NCBI GenBank assembly: GCA_965235115.1
Contig: OZ249436.1
Location: 7,132,001-7,196,000 of the forward strand
Reading direction: 5' to 3'
Length of the DNA: 64,000 nucleotides
DNA from: Laetmonice hystrix
Lineage: Eukaryota
Positions within the stretch are counted from its first letter, which is position 1. Every line of letters begins with the position of its first letter. Shown here piece by piece: positions 58,801 to 64,000 of this stretch. Made by a program: the position numbers and the translations under genes. A model generated the notes under the pieces. That model searched no databases and was not told where the DNA came from. It worked only from the letters and a program-made list of their open reading frames with translations.

Positions 58801-61238
58801 TTATTTATTGTGTTGATGTAGGCCCCTCAATGTGCCCCTAGTGGTGTCACCCTAGACGTTATATTGATACATTCTACTCTCTGCACTAAGGGGCGGACCA
58901 TTTGATACGTGGAAGGGGCTGTGGTTTTTCTTCATAAGCCTCCAGGCTGGAGCTATCTTTTTTTTTTGCCATGACCATTAATTAAACTATTCTTGCCCCA
59001 TTTCGACTATACTACATGTATATTTTTTTCACATAGAACAAACTTTTTTGTGTGTGTAGTTTGATGAACAAACTATTTTTTTCCCTGTGTTTGGTGAACA
59101 GATTTTGTTTTTTTAACCATAGCCCCCCTCCACGTATCAAATGGTCTGCCCCTAAGTTGTTTTGGATTGGTTGGTGATAGTTGATACCCAGGTGGAGGTA
59201 GCGAAATGGTGTGCATGGCTGTAGTCCTATCCCGGTGGTGTTCGCATGCTGATAGCGCCACTACGCCGATGTTCACATTTCAGCTCCTATTCCAGCGCCA
59301 CGTAAGAAGCGTCGCGAACGTGACACAACGACATCTACCTCGACAAGTGACAGCTTTGAAGTGACCGGGTCCGTGCTACAGAAAGTCTCCATCAAGGAGC
59401 GCATCCAGAAGTTTGAGGTAGATGATGATGATGATGAGGATGAGGATACTGCCACGTTGGACGATTCAAAACCACGCAGGAGCAGGCCCAAGTCCAAGGC
59501 CTTTGAATTGTTTGAAAGCCAGGGGCTTGTGATTACTCCTGTAAGTGCAATCTGTAATAGACTTCTCATGTCATTTCAGCTACCCAGTACATAAAATAAT
59601 GAATATCATAAACGGTTTAGCAATATCGTATCCAATTTCTCAAATATATTTTTCACACAACAGGGGGGAAACTACTTGATAAATCTTCATTAGATTTCAA
59701 TATTTGAGTTTATTTGGCAAAACAACTGCCCCCCATAACTACCTGTCTGGATCTGCCCTGTACACCATAAAAACTGTGTTGTATTACCGTGGACTTGTCT
59801 TGTTCACCTGTCCGTATGTCTAGTGAGGTCATTGAATGACAACTTTTACTTTAATTTCTATAGGCTCCAGAAGCTCTTGGTCAGTCTCTGTTAGCTGGCC
59901 GTGGTGGCAGCGACACGATCGAGGTAGCCGTGGATGGAAGCGACGAGGATGAGGAGGATGGGTATATTGAGGATGAGGGAGAAAGTCCAAACAGCAGTTC
60001 ACCCTTGAGGCCAACACCCAAACCACGCCTTGCAAACAAACGTAGAGGGATACATGAAAGGTGAGCTTGTATTCTTCTATTAACAACGTTTAATACACTT
60101 GGTAACCAATAAATGCACATATTGTGCCTCACACCTTCCATTCTAAACCTTCATATTGATGTATGCAAAACTCATGGATAATGTGGGTTTTTTTTTTTAG
60201 TGATGAAGACTTGCTGTACAGCACCCTGGAGAGCGTGGCCAACCTGGACAGTGATGACTCAGGTTTCAGCAGTGTCCAGCGAGGAGCCACTACACTCAGC
60301 ATGGTAAGGTTATTAACTACACAAGCTCTCAATAATTGTATACACTTGTCTCTTATTTGTACTTGTTAATTATAGCCAGCTGCTTCATTCTCATCTGTCA
60401 CTCAGGCCCAGCATTCATTTTGTACAAGTTCGCAATCTGATGTGATTCTATTCGGAAGAGGTATTGTTGACCATGAAAGTAAAGTCCCAAGAACACAAAA
60501 GTAATTTTCCGTTTCTCTTACCTGCAGTTTAAACGCGCACCTGGTCCTAAGAATAGGAGAACACCATCTCGTCGATCACTCCATCAGAATGTCCCCTCAG
60601 AAAATGAGAGTCCGTTAGATCTGATTGATGAAAACCAGGAGGAGGTATATCGGCCTGAGCTCCAACCTATCACTAACGGTACCTCGCAACCTGATGAAAA
60701 TCACAATGGCACCAAACCAAGCATCAACTTTCTCAACATTCATCACACCGGGAACGGTGAGGACCGCCATTCTCCGGACCGCTCCCCAACCAGCCAACAC
60801 AAGCCCTACGTACCCCCACTAGATCTCTCCATACTACATGAACATGGCGATGGAAGCGGTAAGGGATTTCACAAACTAAACTCAATCAAACTAAACTCAA
60901 TCAAATACCATGTTTCTCATTTACTGCCTACTGGCATTTGACATTTTGAAAATTTTTGAATTCGCAAGCACATGATTTGAGCCTGAAACCTAAGATGGCT
61001 TTATATATTTAAAATTACCCCCGGTGTGTCAACAACTGAACCATTGCTGGACAGTCTTGTTAAAAGTGGGGTTTATATTAGTGTTGTGGCAGCTTTGTGA
61101 CGTGAAGTTTGGTGTATCCACAGACCCCATCCCAGCCGAGCAGGGCCCGTCCCTGGCCATACACAAGGCAAAGACACTGAAGGAGGAGGACAGCGTCATG
61201 CTCTCACCACGCATGTCCAAGCTGAAGAAAAAGACAAA
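45634..61238 (+). CDS. FAM13A: FAM13-family Rho GTPase-activating protein (FAM13A/B-like); multi-exon, continues beyond window. Core exons 45634-45820, 47198-47407, 47794-47977, 51398-51530, 51822-51917, 52246-52409, 54315-54368, 58445-58527, 59284-59540, 59864-60060, 60201-60303, 60528-60858, 61124-61238
   Basis: Continuous frame with matching phases. RhoGAP domain (YFGIPLED...EGIFRVNGNSRVVDRLR...LLKLYLRELPD...NKMNPMALGIIFGPNLFR), then motifs resembling vertebrate FAM13A as I recall it (GIEGLRQQ, AVEKAISSAVSQHMF, PPLDLS, DPIPA, EEDSVMLSPR). Invertebrate co-orthologue; the A versus B label is nominal. Confidence 0.88.
45859..46506. repeat. Intronic minisatellite, 7 x 92 bp
   Basis: ATCAATCCAATGTCAGACT... 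recurs at 45861, 45953, 46045, 46137, 46229, 46321, 46413. Confidence 0.96.
47198..47407 (+). CDS. FAM13A: RhoGAP exon containing the arginine finger (GITSEGIFRVNG...)
   Basis: ttacag| ... G|gtaaga, 210 nt, phase 1 to 1. Confidence 0.94.
47794..47977 (+). CDS. FAM13A: RhoGAP exon (EYASNVAEC...NKMNPMALGIIFGPNLFR)
   Basis: ttgtag| ... AG|gtaagc; conserved N-K-M...FGPN motif (missed by the ORF track). Confidence 0.94.
50328..50581. mobile_element. PIF/Harbinger-like MITE (outer copy) containing a nested copy of the same family at 50376-50511
   Basis: TIR GGCCCAGTTC(G/T)TAAAAAC ... GTTTTTACGAACTGGGCC; CTG TSD around both copies. Confidence 0.9.
51398..51530 (+). CDS. FAM13A: RhoGAP C-terminal exon (CSSGIEGLRQQGVTNQIVLQFITQYDAIF...)
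   Basis: cccacag|, phase 2 entry; donor CAG|gtcaca is weaker. Confidence 0.88.
51822..51917 (+). CDS. FAM13A: Pro-rich exon (VVELKKSRAPPQRPPPPR...PSPRK)
   Basis: ttag| ... AAG|gtcagt, 96 nt, phase 0 to 0. Confidence 0.78.
52246..52409 (+). CDS. FAM13A: Exon (ARSRLATLQDSDD...RSASPFVLDS)
   Basis: ttacag| ... AG|gtaggt, phase 0 to 2. Confidence 0.85.
52657..52845. mobile_element. Short interspersed element with G-rich internal tandem repeat
   Basis: GGATCCAGG...CCAGGATCTGCCCCTG ends; internal GGGGCGTGGGGTGGAA repeats at 52676-52748; a related end at ~59747-59760. Confidence 0.5.
53700..53797 (+). CDS. Candidate internal first exon (MADVLSLIQGLLWWIDSWRRGKLQNESITFHT) for a GAP-less isoform
   Basis: Ends AG|gtaaca in phase 2, matching the acceptor at 54315; TATAAAT at 53588-53594. 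Confidence 0.45.
54315..54368 (+). CDS. FAM13A: 54-nt exon (DRSESSAIASSMASVNSE)
   Basis: ttttgcag| ... GA|gtaagt, phase 2 to 2, open. Confidence 0.78.
55065..55659. mobile_element. Tc1/mariner-pogo-type MITE
   Basis: TA|CAGTAAAA ... TTTTACTG|TA, subterminal ATAGTGAACACTTT/AAAGTGTTCACTAT and repeated AGAGGTGTT motifs. Confidence 0.8.
55831..55875. repeat. (TAG)15 microsatellite
   Basis: Direct reading. Confidence 0.97.
57046..57063 (+). CDS. Candidate 18-nt cassette microexon
   Basis: Long pyrimidine tract + aacag|TGGAGAGGATCCACCATG|gtatgt; phase 2 to 2, frame-preserving, no stop. Confidence 0.55.
58445..58527 (+). CDS. FAM13A: Exon (AVEKAISSAVSQHMFGDLSSEEDTTSG)
   Basis: ttttgcag| ... G|gtgagt; FAM13-like helix motif. 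Confidence 0.88.
58890..59152. mobile_element. PIF/Harbinger (Tourist-like) MITE
   Basis: TAA|GGGGCGGACCATTTGATACGTGGA ... TCCACGTATCAAATGGTCTGCCCC|TAA. Confidence 0.88.
59284..59540 (+). CDS. FAM13A: Exon (APIPAPRKKRR...SIKERIQKFE...FELFESQGLVITP)
   Basis: tttcag| ... CCT|gtaagt, phase 1 to 0. Confidence 0.87.
59864..60060 (+). CDS. FAM13A: Acidic exon (APEALGQSLLAG...PTPKPRLANKRRGIHES)
   Basis: ctatag| ... AG|gtgagc, phase 0 to 2. Confidence 0.85.
60201..60303 (+). CDS. FAM13A: Exon (DEDLLYSTLESVANLDSDDSGF...TLSM)
   Basis: poly-T ag| ... ATG|gtaagg, phase 2 to 0. Confidence 0.87.
60528..60858 (+). CDS. FAM13A: Exon (FKRAPGPKNRRTPSRR...YVPPLDLSILHEHGDGS)
   Basis: cctgcag| ... G|gtaagg, 331 nt open, phase 0 to 1. 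Confidence 0.87.
61124..61238 (+). CDS. FAM13A: Exon (DPIPAEQG...EEDSVMLSPRMSKLKKKT)
   Basis: ccacag| ... AA|gtaagt, phase 1 to 2. Confidence 0.87.
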
Positions 61239-61907
61239 GTAAGTAGTAGCTGCTTCACTCGTCTTCTGAACATCCTCACCACACAGATGGCACTAAGTGT
61301 CTCAAATAAGGCAGATATTTCAGCTGTTATTCACATGGCCTAAGTCGGGCAAGTGAACTTGTGCCCATCTGATACAATCGTTTGTCTTGGCAAATGTGAA
61401 AGTTGAACAAGTTCATAAAAATGTCATGAAAACCTTTTGATTATATCAAACATAATAGAATATGCCCTATTTCAAACACTTGCTAACAACTTTTCAGAAA
61501 TAACCATTTCTTTATAAATAAAATCTACTTAAATATTTGTTATCTTTTGTCCCATGTCAATAATAGAATTTATGGGCCTCTTTAGTTATCATATAACTAG
61601 GTCCATGCCATGATATTTTATGGTTTCTGCAACACAAAATGTAGGACATACATAGACTGATTGGCTTGTAGATCCCTAATTATTTTCCAGGACCCAATTT
61701 CTAGAAGATAAAAAGAGTCACGCTATATTTGTTCTGAAAGCTTGGCTCTAGTTGTTTGTGTTTGCACATGAAGCTTTGAAGCACATGAATTTTCCCGTCA
61801 AATCTTTTGAGGTGTTTTCTCCAAAGGTTACAGTTAGGCAAATAATGTAACAACAATTGTTTTGAGTCCGTATCGCCTAAAATGGGGACAAATCCTGGGT
61901 AATTTAA

Positions 61908-62067
61908 GGTGCTTTCACATGTGTGCGGCGTGCGTTTTTGCAAAAAATGGAACAAATGAAAATAGATTTAACCGTTCACATGCCCCCGGTTTGTGGCATG
62001 CGGTGATTTTCATTTGTTATATTATTTGCAAAAAAGCACGCTGCACACCGTATGCAGTGAAAGCAGC
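61908..62067. mobile_element. Fold-back MITE
   Basis: TTAA|GGTGCTTTCAC...GCGTGCGTTTTTGCAAA versus TTTGCAAAAAAGCACGC...GTGAAAGCAGC|TTAA. Confidence 0.7.
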
Positions 62068-62617
62068 TTAAGACTGACTTTTATTAGTGTGTTGTGAACG
62101 AGGATTATTGTTGACAACAAGAATTAAATCTCAGGGATGTTTTGAAAGTGTAATTTTTGAAAAACGCACATTTCGATCTCTTCACCATGGTAGGGATGGC
62201 CAGGTGGTGATGTATTGACTGGGCCTGGTGGCGTTTACCACAACGTTCAGAAGGGACATTGTTAGGTGAACGACTGTAAGGGACAGCCTGAAATGGTGAT
62301 GACGTGAACTTCACCAGTCACTTTGGGTGACAGCTGAGAATTCAACTCTGTGGTCACAAATGATGCAACTGTGTTTGCTTATTTTGATTGCCTTTGTACT
62401 TCAACAAGTACTAATGTATATGCCTGTGTGTTTCTTTTTTTTTCCCTTTGGTTCCGCAGTAGGCACAATATTGAAGCGCCATTGTCGCCAAGTGCATACC
62501 GCACCATTCCGTACAAAAGGTGAATGTCCACCGCCATGTTTTTGTTACCATGGTTACAAAATCTGTACTATGTGCTAAGCTTTTGATGCCCTTGCTTTGA
62601 GGTAGGCGCAACTGCTT

Positions 62618-62797
62618 GTGACCCTACATAATGATGTATGCTATTGTATGGCAGGCTGCTAGTGACCCTACATAATGATGTATGCTATTGTATGGCAGGC
62701 TGCTAGTGACCCTACATAATGATGTATGCTATTGTATGGCAGGCTGCTAGTGACCCTACATAATGATGTATGCTATTGTATGGCAGGCTGCTAGTGA
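62618..62797. repeat. Minisatellite, 4 x 44 bp
   Basis: GTGACCCTACATAATGATGTATGCTATTGTATGGCAGGCTGCTA units at 62618, 62662, 62706, 62750. Confidence 0.95.
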
Positions 62798-63595
62798 ATG
62801 TCAGACGTAGATTTTAACCCATTTGTATGGTTCCTCCTTTATGCTTGATACTAAAAGCTTGGTGACATACCGACAGCAGTTCTTAAACATAAATTGACAT
62901 GCTAGAATTAGAAAACTGCGCATCGTATGCGATATTGACGTAGTTCCGGCTCAGTGTTGAGGATGTTTGTATTAAGGGGGGGAAAAAAGTGGTCGACATT
63001 TGTGTGTCTCATTCCATATAAATTAAATGAGGGCACGAATCTTGCCTTTGGCAAGGACAAGTTACAACTGTTCCCATGCTGAACCACAAAGTCAGGTGTC
63101 AGTAATCCAGGATGTCTCCTGAGTATGGTTTCACCCTCCTCAGTGGTTGATTGTCGGTCACTTTGTCATTGATATCCGTACACGTAACGTGTTGGTCAGA
63201 TGGTCCTTGTATCCGTGGACAGTTTCTAGTATTTACACCAACTCAAACCTTGCATTGCTTGTCGCATGGATCACATAGAGGCTGTTACCACCTCTTCTTC
63301 TTCCTCTGGCTCTTCCTACCCTCTTATTTATCCTCCTACCCCTGTTCCTCATTCTCCCTCTTCTTCCTCCTCTTCCTCCCCTCTTATTCATCCTCCCCCT
63401 GTTCCCCATTCTCCCCCTCTTCCTCCTCCTCACTCGCCACTTCTGTAGGGTGCTGGAGTTGTCCGATATAGACCCGACTTTTTTCGGACTACCATTCATT
63501 AGCTAGGTGTACAGGTATACTCCCTGTTGTCCTGTGATGTTGTGGTAGAGTGTATGGCCGTGGGATAATACTAATGGTCTTTAGCTAGCCTAGGA

Positions 63596-63920
63596 CAGGG
63601 TTCGTTCGGGTTTTGGAAAGGTATGGAAAGTGATCTTTGTGTTTTCCAGGACCTGGAAAGTCGTGGAAAATCAAGTTTTTTGTCATGAGCTATGGAAAAG
63701 TTATGTAAATTTATCACGTTCCTGCTATTTTATAAAGTAGTGCTTCAGCTGAGTTTTTGGTTTCAGTAATTAGCCGTCGTCATCTCTGAATTAGCCAGGC
63801 AGTTAGGGCACTGTGCATTGCTTGGGATTGAAGGTAGAGGGTATGGAAATTTGAATTTTGTGTTTTGGAAAGTTTGGAAAAGTTCTGGAAATTCTTGCAG
63901 CCAAAGCTGTACGAACCCTG
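63596..63920. mobile_element. hAT-like MITE with repeated TGGAAA motifs
   Basis: TIR CAGGGTTCGT ... ACGAACCCTG; flanks CTAGGA/CTAAGA (near 6-bp duplication). Confidence 0.75.
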
Positions 63921-64000
63921 CTAAGAGTTTCAGCACACAAGTCTTCATCACCGACAGCACTCGGTGCTACATGAATATCTTCAACTCTATCAGGAAAGAT

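Noticed and set aside
59273..60800. Several minus-strand ORFs
   Set aside because: Antisense to FAM13-like coding exons.

Overview
Eukaryotic (invertebrate metazoan-looking) genomic DNA with spliceosomal GT-AG introns; no prokaryotic operons, CRISPR arrays, rRNA or intact tRNA genes were seen. Two genes sit head-to-head around a shared promoter at ~4.95-5.43 kb. (1) Minus strand: STAMBP/AMSH-family JAMM deubiquitinase, with 9 coding exons from 3329 to 5 reconstructed in consistent phase; the last exon lies outside the window. (2) Plus strand: FAM13-family RhoGAP, with 13 core coding exons from 45634 to 61238, continuing past the window, preceded by a ~40 kb 5' region. The most interesting structure is a candidate variable-first-exon system. 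About seven short ATG-bearing, phase-0 mini-exons lie between 6 and 45 kb, and each can splice in frame onto one common RhoGAP exon. There are also candidate internal phase-2 first exons (GAP-less isoforms) and an 18-nt microexon. All of these are sequence-only predictions that need transcript evidence. Introns hold many non-autonomous DNA transposons (hAT-, PIF/Harbinger-, Tc1/pogo- and Kolobok-like MITEs, including one nested in a copy of itself), SINE fragments and minisatellites (44, 92, 44 and 31 bp units).
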